A DNA stretch of 64,000 bases. Origin: Antechinus flavipes (Eukaryota). The position numbers and the translations under genes are program-made. Of the stretch, positions 29,673 to 56,162 are shown piece by piece (the first letter of the stretch is position 1; each line of letters begins with the position of its first letter). Location: contig NC_067401.1 in NCBI RefSeq assembly GCF_016432865.1, forward strand, positions 130,634,001 through 130,698,000. The letters are read 5' to 3'. Under the pieces are notes generated by a model. That model was not told where the DNA came from and ran no database searches. It saw only the letters and a program-made list of their open reading frames with translations.

Positions 29673-30144
29673 GTACCAAAAAGGAAAATCCACAAAGCCA
29701 CTTTATTTTAAAAGAATAACGTTCTATTGCAGTAGTGTCCAGAACAGTAACAATGTGTAGAACTCTCCACTAGTCCATTTCACAACTTTCTAATGGTCTT
29801 CAAAACAAAATAAGCTTGCTTAAAAGATTGATAAAAAGCCTAAGTTGAGTGATTATCAATGGATTTTCTTTCTCCTAATTATATTCATATTCAGCATAGT
29901 TTTTAAAATATGAACATCTATTAAGAGGGGTGAAATGTGTGTAACGTTAAGTAACATGGGAAAATGTCACATAAGCTTTTGCCCAGAGGCCACATGATGT
30001 GATTGGAAGCTTGAAACTTAATTCTTTCTCAAAGTTTAGTGCTTATTGTCTCTGCTCTGTGCCAGCAAACACAAGGCAGAAGAGAGAGACATGGAACAGA
30101 CTTTAATAATGTTTGGGGCATTATGAAGATATATAATTATTCTT

Positions 30145-30150
30145 AATAAA
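30145..30150 (+). terminator. BECN1 poly(A) signal AATAAA
   Basis: About 600 nt after the stop, followed by T/G-rich sequence. Confidence 0.7.
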
Positions 30151-30569
30151 AGATTTGCTGCAGTCTGTTACTGTGCTGAGGTGCACTGGTTGTTTAAAAC
30201 AAAAAAACTATTCTATAATAAAATACTTAGTATTTTAGAAAAACCAAACGCATGTAGCTATGTAAAAAAAGTTGGGACATGTCAAAAATTTTGTATTTTT
30301 AGTCATTTAAAGTAGACTGAAAATAGCCAATTCTGGAGAGCTGGTGTGTTTGCTTATTTCAGAGGAGTGGGCAAAGGTCCCATCCTCAAATGGGAATGTA
30401 CTTGGACTGGGATATTTGGGACAAAGAAATGTTAATGGCCTGTAAGTCAAGGTCACCTGGTTTGGAGTCTTTTTTTCTTTCATATTCTTTGAAATCATAT
30501 CTAAAGAGGAAATTACCTGTACTATAAAGCCAAACATTTCAGCCTACCATTCTTCTCCCTCCTTCCCCA

Positions 30570-30575
30570 TTTATT
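30570..30575 (-). terminator. Candidate proximal CNTD1 poly(A) signal AATAAA
   Basis: tttatt on the + strand, about 210 nt past the CNTD1 stop. Confidence 0.5.
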
Positions 30576-30785
30576 TTTACCAAGGCTGCAGGTAATAAAA
30601 TATATCCACATTGACCCTTTTTCTGAAGATTAGCAAACAGAAAATGGTAACATAAAGTCAAACTTGCAAGACCTAAGATTTCTGAGCTTTTTTTTTCTGT
30701 ACTAGGTTATGAGATTAAATAAATTGGGAGTAGAAGTGGTCTTGACCTGAGAGTCTGATAATATTCTAGAAACTCACAGTCAGGC

Positions 30786-33700
30786 TCACATGTTGCAGGT
30801 GGCAGCAGCTCTCAGTGGTCTGACTGCCAAGTGGTGCAGGCCAGGTTGCTGTCGAACTGGGGTGCTGGCTCCTACAGAGTGAGTCAGGATTGCGTATGAA
30901 AACTCAGCAATACTTTCGGTAGCAATGCCAGTGATGCTATGTAAGTACTTCACAACCTCAGGGAAAGAGACAGACAAGCAGCTAGTTTTTCTACATCATC
31001 TTGACAAATTATACAAGTGTAAATTAAATCTTCCTGTTCCTCTGATTTTTCAGAAGGTTGGATCCAAATTATGTTTACCAGAGCTAAAAACTTTTAACAC
31101 TTAGTACCTAAAACTTGGTATATAAATTGACTTTTAAAGATATTAGTCTGAGGAACATGTTGCCAACTTGAAATTTCCCCTATTTTTAGAGGAATACTCT
31201 TCAAGATATTTGACCAGAGTACATACCTTTTCAAATCATTTTCAACTTTGCTTTGTTTAAAAAGTTAAAAGTGCTTTAATCAGCAACCTAACCCCAGCTG
31301 TAGCTTTTTATTGCCAATTTGTCTTGGCACACTGATCTGTCTTGTGCTAGGCTTTGGAACTTATTTCTGGTGAAGTTAAATCTGCCTTTCCCTTTAATTG
31401 ACTGTGGAATGCTCTTAATTAATTGAATTTTGATAATGATGCCACTTAAGAGTGCAATACCTGGCCCCACCACTCCTGGTTTTGGATGAAAGCACTGGCT
31501 GCAATGATCCCAACTGCCAAAAGCATGAAGTCTTCTTTTACTGTTAAAAATTTTCCCCTGAAAAATTAAAATCACAGTTCAGTTTTATAAACAACGTTTG
31601 AGTTGCCCAAGTTCTTTGGAAATAGAAATTTATATTATTTGATAAGATTACTCTTACGGAAAAGAAGTGATGGAACCGGCTAGCTGGTTATTGCATAGGT
31701 AGCTTCCTCCCAACCAGAATGAAACATGAACTTTATGTGTTATTTGATTACTGGTCTTTTGTGTTCCCATCTATTATAACAACATGTTTGTGGGGGTTTC
31801 TCTCATCTGCCTTTACAGTAATCAGGCACTTATGTCAAAGCTGCAATCTTATGACTGGTTTGTTTTGTATGTTTTCTCTTTCTGAAAACAGCCCAAGCTC
31901 CACAACATATGATCAAGAATCAATAATAGATGTTAATGACAAGTTCATTTAAATATCAGTCTTTGGGGTTTTGATTGGGTTAAACTTGCAACACCAAAAC
32001 ATTTAAGTTGCAAGATCATAAATTACAAGTTTATGTAAACAAATTCATTATGAAAATTATCTCTATACCTAAGTGAGGGGACAAATTAGTTGGCTTTACT
32101 GAGTCTCACCCACTCAAATCCTTGTCTGTAAATCTTTAAGAGGTATCTTACCTTTGCTCCATGGGAGTAGAGTTCTCAATTGATGCCCTCAGCAGACTTT
32201 CATAGATAGGCTCATGCAGGAGATAGACCAAGTCAAGTAATGTCAGGCAGGTTCCATGCAGCTGTTTGGCTGAGACCAAACAGCCATTATACCCTGGATG
32301 GGGCATGGAAAGAGTTAAGGCTCTACCTTTGTCCCTCCATTAAAGGAAATACTTAACCAGGAACATGATCCTATCCCTAATAAATCAGGGTAGTACGTTT
32401 AGGCTACCATTCTTCCTAATAACTAAGTTCTTCTGTAGACTTGTTTCAATGGATTGGATATTTGATTGTCAAAGGTAAAATTGGAGAAAAGGGCACAAAA
32501 CCTCTGTGCACAGTCTATTATAAATACTGAAAAAAAAAAACCCATCATGGAAGCTATTTCTTTGCTAGCTAAAGCAAAAAACAAAACATGCTGAGGAAGG
32601 TTTTTAGTGGTTCTAAGAAGTTAGCTATAGGGACTTCAAAAAAAAAAAAAAAAAAAAAGCCAAAACCCACCAAGGCAACTACTGCCCCCTTCCCTTCCTG
32701 GCTGCCAAACTACTAAGAACATTCAGGATGTTGCGGTTCTCTCCTTTGTTCAGTTAATCCAGAGCCCTGGAAGGCACGAATGCTTCTAGTAGAGAAGTTT
32801 CAAGGTATACTTGGCCTTTCATGGCTAGTGTGCTTGCCTAATTTTCACCAAGATATCTCTTGAATGATATACCTAAAACTTCTAGGAGCATCTCCACATA
32901 CGCCAAAGGAGTAGGTAGATTGATTTGGAAGTTTAAAGACTTCAGAATGGCAAGTTCTGATTCCAGTAGTTCTTCTTTAGTATAAAGGTACCCCAGAGCC
33001 TGGAGGAAATTAAGGACTGTAACATTGCTGACTATCTGAATAAAAAAGAGAGGGGACAGAAAAAGGATTTTCTAGTTAAGTTGGGGATTTTGTTACAAAC
33101 ATTGAGGGTAGGGAGAGTAATACCAGCATAAGATCATAGATTTAGAGCTAGAAAAATTTGAGAGATGAGGAAACCGGTTTAGAGTTCAGAGATAGCAACT
33201 GAGATGGAATCTGAACTCTTTCCAATTCCAAATCTAATACCCAGAGTTACTTTCCTTTTTATAGAGCTCATCTTTAATGATAATTTGAGTATATTGACTA
33301 TTCAGGCACCTTATGCAAACTGTCCTTGAGTCCAAAGGGGGGAAAGGTGACTTATATGATGGCATTAATCCAGCTATTATACTCTTGAGAACAAGATTGC
33401 CAGTTATAACAGCTGTGTTTAGTAGATAGAGGTGCTTAGGAAGTGTAATTGCACTCTGGAGTTTCCACATGAATAGAATCACCCAGGCTAGGGATAGGTG
33501 TCTCAGAACTGCCCAGTAAAAAACTTAGATTTATTCATATCTAGTTGCCCACAGGTCGGGTTTTGATCACAGTGCTGTGAAGATGGAAAGAATAAGACCA
33601 ATTCCTTACTTTGTAGTGAAAGGAAAGTTTGCTTGCCAGCTGAACACATGACACAAGTCGAAGTACAAATGTATTACAGAGCTGTTCTTTCTGGGCCCTC

Positions 33701-35575
33701 CAGTTCCAGGGCTCTGCTTTCTCACTCCCTCTCACCACAGGTGCTGCTTGGCTGCAAATGCTTTCTGCTTGCTTAACCATGAACCTACAGGAGTGGGGGG
33801 AGGACAGGAGTAAACAATCTAGCCTTCCACACATTCCAGAGGGAGCATTTGTTCCTTAGATTGCTGCATCTTAGTCTCACCAATATCAATTTAAGACTTA
33901 GTTAACACTTGCAAGTAAAGGAAATCAACAGCAATGCCAAGGTACCATTTCAACAGTAGTGAGCACATTAATTAATCTGAGAGCTACCTAGTTGCAAAGC
34001 CCTCATGCCCAGGACTTTACCTTTCTAGGATTTCTACTGCCTGGTAGCTCACGGATTTTTCCAGGCACCATTGTTCAGACAGGAGAAAAATGAACTCTGC
34101 CAAAATAGAAAAGAAAAGCCTGAATCACAAGATGCAACCCTAACCACTCTGAACTATCAGTGTTGTGTAAAAACCGTGATGCACGACTCAAGTTAGAGGG
34201 TCAGAAGGTGAGAAAGATGAGACCAGAATAACTAAAGCAGAGCTTAATTTCTTTTGCTGCCAACAAGCTGATCAGATGTACAAAAGGGAAGTCTTGATTT
34301 GAGTGCCAAGAGCAAGATCCTTGGTGACAAGGGTTCAGCAGATAAGAACTCTTGCCTGGTACCAATATACATTAACCCCTTTCCCACCCTCTTATCTGTT
34401 CATATTCTTGACTGCTGGGAAATTTATGGAATAGCTAAGAAATCCTAATACCTATAGTTTAATATGAAACCAAACCGGCTCTCTTGAATTTTAATCTTGC
34501 TGATGACAATTTTGTTTAGCAACCTTCCTCTGGAGATTTCCCATGCATGCATAGTTTAACTCCACCCACTTTATAGTGTGCACGATTCCTCTAATCTGTT
34601 AAGTGGAACTAAAGTGACTGAATTCCTTACCTCCCTCCTTCTCTATCTTCTCCCACCAAGTTGTATTGTGTGTTTTTCTTCACTAATAAATTGGTAAAGA
34701 CTAGTCCTAACAGCCTCCAATATTTCCCTTTGAATGAAAAGTCCCAGTTGGAATTGTTTAACTTGCAATTCCATTATAGGGTGGGAACCAGGAAAAATCT
34801 CAGTTCTCAACAGAGGAGCTTTCCAAGACCCCTGGGTTATACATAAAAGACCATCAGCATGGGACTGCAGATGGTCAGATACATGCAGAGAGAACTGTAC
34901 GGCAGCCAAATCTCTCTTCACTGAAACCCGTCTCTCTTGACTAATGTGCAGCGGTAAATCCAAGACAATCCCACAACCCTCTAGCACATAAACAATACCT
35001 GCATAAAATATCCTGGTAGACACACAAAATCCCACCCTCAATACACAGGTATCGGTACCGACAGTGGAAAACTAGATTAATTCGATTATCTCCTGTATCT
35101 CTATTGCCTGGCATATGTAATTACTTTAAAAATGTATCTTGACTTGATGGACCTTGAAAATTCAGACATTGTGTCTAGACTTTAACCAAAATAAAATGCC
35201 TCCTGTGTTTTCTAGTTGGTTTTGGGACCTTAAGGATCTGAGCAATGGCTTTGGTTTTCTCGTGGCTTACGGAAGAAGGGGGGAAAGGAAAGGAGCGTAA
35301 GAGAAGGAAAAGGGGAGGAGCTGAAGCCCTCGAGGCAAGGTTGGGGATTTTGGCGCCTCGGGTGCGCAACACACCCCATTCCCCCCCAGTCCTGGGCCCA
35401 CACCCACGATCCGGGTCTCCCTGAAGCTGCCCGCCTGCCCCCGGGCTTCCCGCACCGCCCTCTCATTCTCTTGGGCTAGGTGGAGCAGGGCGTCTTCGAT
35501 CGTCTGTGTGTCCACAGCGCCAAACTTAAAGTCACTGAGGGAAGCCGACGCTCTGGGCCCCGCGGCTCCAGCCAT
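30786..35575 (-). CDS. CNTD1: Cyclin N-terminal domain-containing 1 (meiotic crossover factor, COSA-1 orthologue), 7 exons, 331 aa
   Basis: Exons 35575-35404, 34096-34021, 33784-33610, 33035-32873, 32293-32152, 31557-31461, 30956-30786 (996 nt). Motifs [76 protein letters not shown]. Confidence 0.96.
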
Positions 35576-36200
35576 AGTCAGCTGCCCTGCACACCCTCCA
35601 GACAACAACGACCCCTTTCCCCCCTCCCCCCCAGACTCTCAGAAACTTTGCAGCTTATGCCGGGCCTCGTGCTCCCAACGGCTTTTCTAGGTCTCAACTG
35701 CCGGGCTCGCGGGCTCCACGGGAGCTTCAGCCAATCAGAAGGCGCGCCCAGGACACTCCGCCTCATCTCCGATTCTTCCGAAGAAAAGGTCAGCCAGACT
35801 ACAAGTACCAGAATCCTCAGCGACGACGACGACCAAGGGGCTACCGTCCTTTCCGGCGTGCGCCGTGGTTCTGACCCGCTCTGGAGTAGGTCGAGGAGCG
35901 AGATGGCTGATTCCAGTGCTGGCGGAGCTGCGGGATCAGAGACTGGGAAAGCCCCCGTAGCGCAGCGCATTGACCCGGCGCGAGACAAACTGAGCCCGGC
36001 CCAGCTGCACTTTATGAGGCAGGTGGAGCTCTCCCAGTGGCAGAAAACGCTTCCGCAGCGGCGAGGTCGCAACATCCTGACCGGACTGAGCATCGGGGCC
36101 CTCGTGTTGGCCATTTGTATCCGCCGGTCACGGAGGTTGGGGGAGGGGAAGGGAGCAAGAGAAACGAGGCTGGAGTCGGGGGAAGGAGAGAGAGGGGGCG
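35330..36200. promoter_or_regulatory. Bidirectional CNTD1/COA3 CpG-island promoter
   Basis: Divergent ATGs only 327 nt apart; CCAAT 35731-35735; MYB-like CAACGG 35676-35681. Confidence 0.8.
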
Positions 36201-37703
36201 AGAGTGGGGGTGGGCCTTAGAATTCGAAAAGACACATTTAATTTCCTGATGGGAGCCAATGATTTGTCCAAGGTCACAGTGCAAGACAGTAACATAGCCT
36301 TGCCTGATACTAATTAACAATTACCTAATTTCTTAATAGCAGTAATTTTTTTTATAGCGCCTACCCTGTGCCTTGACACAATGCTAAAAACCTTCCCCCA
36401 AATATCTCTTTTGATCCTCAGGAGCAGTAGATGCTAGTATTATCCCCATTTTGCAGATGAGGAAACTGAGGCAAATCTATTTGCCAACAGGTTTGATTGC
36501 CTAATGTCACACAACCAGTATCCGAAGATGAATTTGAATTCTTACAGTACTGAAGACCTTCCAGGTCTACCCTAATTCTTCAGTCCTCAGATAAAGCTTT
36601 CTGCTCTCCAGGAATACATGGAGAACAGATAGCTACAGGCACTGGATCTTTGGGTTGTATGGAGTGTATTGGTATAATAAAATAGGTGAACAAATCAAAT
36701 ATTTATTGATAATAAGTCATAATTTTGCTGATCCACATATTCAGTTGAGACCCTATATGGGATCATGACCCACTAAATAAGAAGCTGGGATCTAATCAGC
36801 ATCCAGAGAAACAACTATGGAGACAGAATGTGAATCGAAGCATATTATTTTCACCTCTTTTGTTTGCTTTTTTTTCTGGTTTTTCCCTTTTGTTCAGATT
36901 TTTTTTTCCACAAAATGACTGCTATAGAAATGTTTTAAATGACTATACATGTATAACATCAAATCGCTGTCTTAAGCAGGGGGAAAGAAATTGGAACTCA
37001 AAATCTTAAAAAATGAATATTGAAAACTATCTTTACATGTAATTGAAAAAATAAAACACTACTGAATTCAGGAGGGAAAAACAAGCAGCTGGAGTCTAGG
37101 GAATTCCCTGATGGGGAGATTCCTAGTGCAGGTCAGTACTTAGAGCTTTAGGATGCAGAGGCTGTGCCTTGCAGAAGCAAATCTTGAACTCTTATCTTTC
37201 TGGCTTGGAGGCTGGCTTGCTCTCCATTATGCAGTACTACTTCTGGTCACTGTTCTTGTCCTAATGAGCCAGTGTGTTTTTGTTGCCAGGCTTGAACCCA
37301 GCTTTTCCTTAGTTAGAAGCTGTTCTTTTCCACTACTGCCCAGGGGAGAATAACTGGAAAAGAGGTAGGATCAGGGTTGCAGGTAGAGAACAAATACACT
37401 GAACATGTATGAATGTTGGGGGTCAGGGTGGGGGTGTGGTTTGAATTCCAGGATGGGGTGGGAACCACTTGAAGGAGACCAAAAAAAAAAAAAAAAACAG
37501 CATAGACTACTGGGAGGAGGGGTTGGGACAAGTTGGGGAAAGAAAATTGAGGGATGTACTCTGATTTCCTTATGGTTTTCCTGAGCCCGTGACTCCCAGA
37601 TGGCTATACATTCTACTCAGTGTCCCAGGAGCGGTTCCTGGATGACTTGGACGACAAGGCCAAAGCTGCTAGAGTGAAAGCTCCTGGGACCAATAGCCCC
37701 TAA
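35903..37703 (+). CDS. COA3: Cytochrome c oxidase assembly factor 3 (CCDC56/MITRAC12), 2 exons, 105 aa
   Basis: Exons 35903-36116 and 37600-37703. Reads AQRIDP...[15 protein letters not shown]|[26 protein letters not shown]; single TM segment; head-to-head with CNTD1. Confidence 0.95.
36117..37599 (+). other. U12-type (minor spliceosome) GT-AG intron of COA3
   Basis: Donor GTATCCGCC; branch-like TTCCTGAG at 37578-37585 and TTCCTTAT at 37566-37573; no polypyrimidine tract. COA3 is a recognised minor-intron gene. Confidence 0.8.
36775..37060 (+). mobile_element. L1 3'UTR fragment inside the COA3 U12 intron
   Basis: cagagaaacaactatggagacagaatgtgaatcgaagcatat...ggaactcaaaatc; the same family occurs at 20210 and about 49315-49530. 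Confidence 0.7.
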
Positions 37704-38125
37704 ACCTAATGAGTGCTCAGACTCTCCATTCTGGATGGAACTTCTTCAAAATGAGAATAGGATGTTTCCACCTTCTCTCCTTTCCCTCCTCTACAAGAAA
37801 AAGACTCCCACTTGGGATAAGGAGTGTTTGGGCCAGCCTGACTTTGGGATGTGCTTTGGTTATGGAGTTCCACCCTACTTTGGGAATTGTGTATACAGCC
37901 AGTTTGATAGGAACACCTATTCCTTCTCTCTCCCCTTCCTCCCAAATTGAGCCATTGTTAAAATAGAAAGGAGGCGTGGCTTAAGTCACCTCCAGCTTTT
38001 TCATGTCTTCATAGCTTCTTTCTGCCTAAGATTTAAAGCTATCGTTAGGGGAAGAGAGAAAGATAAGAAAAATACCTCTTTTTTCTTTGTTGAAACCTGG
38101 CAGTGATAATCAAGGACTGATTCAC

Positions 38126-38131
38126 AATAAA
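38126..38131 (+). terminator. Probable COA3 poly(A) signal AATAAA
   Basis: First canonical hexamer after the COA3 stop. Confidence 0.55.
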
Positions 38132-38686
38132 ATGAATCATCCTCCTTGTTCTAGAGCCCTGTGAATTTATAGGAGGGGAAGAACAGGTCTACCAATTGTG
38201 GCATTTGTGTTGCCCTAAGGAAATGTGAATGTTTAACTAGAATAGCTTTACCTGCGATCTTTCTACCCGATTAGCAGGTAAAAATCATGGAAATTATTGG
38301 GCTGTGTGTGGCTAAGCTATCCTTCATGCACTAACACACTCCTTTTCTCATCTCCATTTTCCTTCCATTGCCTGGGGCCCTCACAATAGCCTTTCCCCGC
38401 CCCTGGATGGAAGGGTGAATGGGGGTCATCCAGCCCTCGAGTTTTCTGAGCTTGCCTGTGCAGGCCCAGGGTGGGGTCTGGAGGAGAGGTTAGATTGGTG
38501 GAGTTGATGGTTGACCTTGAAATTAAGCCGCTGATGGCATAATGCCAGGAGGCTGGGTGTCCACTTATGCTCCCCATTGTGAGAAGATTTTTTAATTCCC
38601 CCCTGCCTCACTGGTGAGACTAGGCCTTTCCACCCACCCTCTATCCCCTGCAGGGCTGACAGACCAATAGACTCGTTTCCAATATT

Positions 38687-38692
38687 TTTATT
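38687..38692 (-). terminator. Probable WNK4 poly(A) signal AATAAA
   Basis: tttatt on the + strand, about 650 nt past the WNK4 stop. Confidence 0.6.
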
Positions 38693-38861
38693 GGCTTCTT
38701 TACAAGTCTGACATGAGTGTGCCTAGCCCTCAGCTTGGGGGATGGAGGTGGGGGGAATGGCTAGGGAAGTTCTCCACAAGCAACCTTGTGTAGTTTTAGT
38801 GGTTGGTGCTTGAAAGTCCTAGGGCTCACACTCTACACTGCTGAACAGTCTTCCTCTGCCT

Positions 38862-39240
38862 TTTTTTTTTTTAATAGTAATATTTAGCATTTATATAGTG
38901 CTTTAAGGCTTGCAAAATGCTTTACAAATTTTGCTTCTTTTGACAAGGTAAAGAAATTCTTCCCCTGCTTTTCTCTCCCTATTCCTGGGATGTGATAATC
39001 ATAATAGCTGACAGTTATATATTTATATAGCACTTTTAAGATTTGCAAAGCATTATGCAGGCATTTCATTTGGTCCTCACAACAACCCTGTGAGGTAGGG
39101 ACAGCCATTATAACCCTTATTATTGCGGATGAAAAAAACAGGCACAGAGAATTAAAAGTGACTTGCAGGTGGTCACATAGTATTAGAGGGAGGATTCAAA
39201 TCCAGGTAACTTGGGATAACAAATGCTGAAGTCTTTGCAA
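38862..39240 (-). mobile_element. CORE-SINE sequence (two pieces) within the WNK4 3'UTR
   Basis: catttggtcctcacaacaaccctgtgaggtagg...gtgacttgc...ggattcaaatccagg; repeated agcatttatatagtgctttaagg tails. Confidence 0.7.
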
Positions 39241-39340
39241 AACTGCACCAGTCCACCTTGGAGTAGCATTCTGAGTTATCAAGAATCAGGTCCTGAGGGC
39301 ATCAGCTCTACCCTGGTCCCACATTGCTTCGGTTCGGGAC

Positions 39341-54339
<14,999 letters not shown>

Positions 54340-55300
54340 GAGGAAGGAAAGGGTTTGATGGCACCGGAGGCCAGGAGCCAAGGGTGGCAGAACTCTCTGC
54401 TTTGGGCTCTATGTCTAAGAGAGCTGCGCTAGCTCAGAGAGCCTCACTCGGGTTTGGGCTCGAGCTCCTGCAATGGGCTTCAAGCCCCGGCCCCCAGCAA
54501 TCCTGCTCCGGAGCTCCGCCTTCTCCACTCTGGTCCTTCCCACAGGCCCCTTAGTTGGGGGGGCTCCCTCCCTAACCTCCGCCTATTCTCCACCCCTCTC
54601 CCACCCACCCCAGGCCGCCCCTTCGGGGTTTCTGTGCTCTCACGTTCCCCCAGCGCAAGCCAAGAAGGGATTGGTTAATGCTGCAGCTAAACCTGCTTCC
54701 TTTCAGGCTCCACCTCCTAAGACCCGCTCCGTCTCATCTCCCACAGCTATTCGCCCTCCCCCTCACCGCAGACAACCTCTCCCCGTTTCCCCCGAGAAAT
54801 AAACTCTTCTGAATAGAGAGGTTCTTCTCCCCAGTACAAGGAGCTAACGCACCGGCCTTATGGAGGGGAGCAAATGTGAGTAGCTCTTGATCCAGGGTCG
54901 GGCTAACGCCGCCACCCGCCTGCTCACCCTAGATAAGACAGCCCCACCCCCGTCCACTAACTGGCCTGAGTAGCTCCAGAGGCGAAAGCAAAGGCAGAGG
55001 GCACAAAGACTACAGAACGCTTGGGTTTCTTTTCCAGGACCCCGCCCACCTTGGTCACTCAGCTGTTTGCTCCAGCTGAGGAGCCATCCTGTCAGGACAC
55101 GCCTCTCTCCATCACCCCTTCCAATGCTGAGAGCTCCGTCTCCACGTCCAACCCTCTCCCGCCCTCCTCCCAACCAAGGGACCACAACCTGAATCAGTTG
55201 GCTACCCTGCAGCCATCTGCGCTTTCCTGTTTGACCACCTCTCCAAAGAAGCAAAGTCCAAATCCGCCTTAACCCTTTAGCTTCCGCCTACCGGAGACAG
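54340..55300 (-). promoter_or_regulatory. WNK4 5'UTR/promoter region (GC-rich), directly downstream of the VPS25 3' end
   Basis: GC boxes and CpGs upstream of the ATG at 54339; the exact TSS cannot be determined. Confidence 0.55.
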
Positions 55301-55665
55301 CCCCACCCAATGTCTAGGACCTGTAGGGGTTTAAGAGGGACTGGCTCTCACTGCATTTTGGCTTGAATCTGTATTTCTTCAAGTTGCAAAGTCCTCCTTT
55401 CAATGCTGGCCAAGAAAGCATTAATAGCTAAACCCCAGTAGAACGGACTAGAATTTGGAGAAAACTGTTCCAGAAATTCTCTGTGGACATTTTAAAGATC
55501 ACAGGACCTTTCTCTTTTTCACATTGGAAAACTTCCATACTCCTCCCCCTCCAATCTCTATGCTAAGATTCATTCGTTCACATTACGCTCTCATCTTCAG
55601 TTCATCCCCTTCTCCCACACACACAAGTCACCCAGACAAAAGCACTGAGAGCTGAACAATCCAGC

Positions 55666-55671
55666 TTTAAT
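55666..55671 (-). terminator. Probable VPS25 poly(A) signal ATTAAA
   Basis: tttaat on the + strand, about 490 nt past the stop, with T/G-rich downstream sequence on the minus strand. Confidence 0.55.
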
Positions 55672-56162
55672 AACATAGATCAGAGCCACACTTGGTACTT
55701 CATGGCCAGCTCTCCCTCTCTGATCTCCTATTCCTATGATGCCCGGTGGGCTGCCTGCAGCCAGGTCCTCCATGTAACCTCTACCCCTCTACTAGAGGAT
55801 CCAGGCTAAACCTGAAGGGAGAGATGTGTAGGTACTGTGTACTTGTAGATATGTGTGACTATGTTTTATGGGTATACTGACCCTGGATCAGCCAAAGTCT
55901 GGAATGAGGGAGTAGAAAGATAAGGAGAAACTAGGCACATATTTTCTCTCTGGCGTTATTACCTCAACCCACTCATGGAGCAGAACAGTGGGGTAACAGA
56001 GGAATTATCTTTTCCAAATTCTCCCATGGTTCTCCCAGCCCACAATTGGGAGGAAGCTGAAAAGTTCCTTTAAGTTACGTTTGGGTTTAAGCTCCAATCT
56101 GTGGGAACAGAGCCTATCTCCTTCAGAGAACTGAGGAAGGGGAGGAAGAGGGAAGGGGTCCA

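Noticed and set aside
35480-36220. Long overlapping ORFs on both strands across the CNTD1/COA3 promoter (246 aa +, 178 aa -)
   Set aside because: Expected in GC-rich, stop-poor DNA; only the COA3 and CNTD1 parts show homology, and the upstream ATGs probably precede the TSS.
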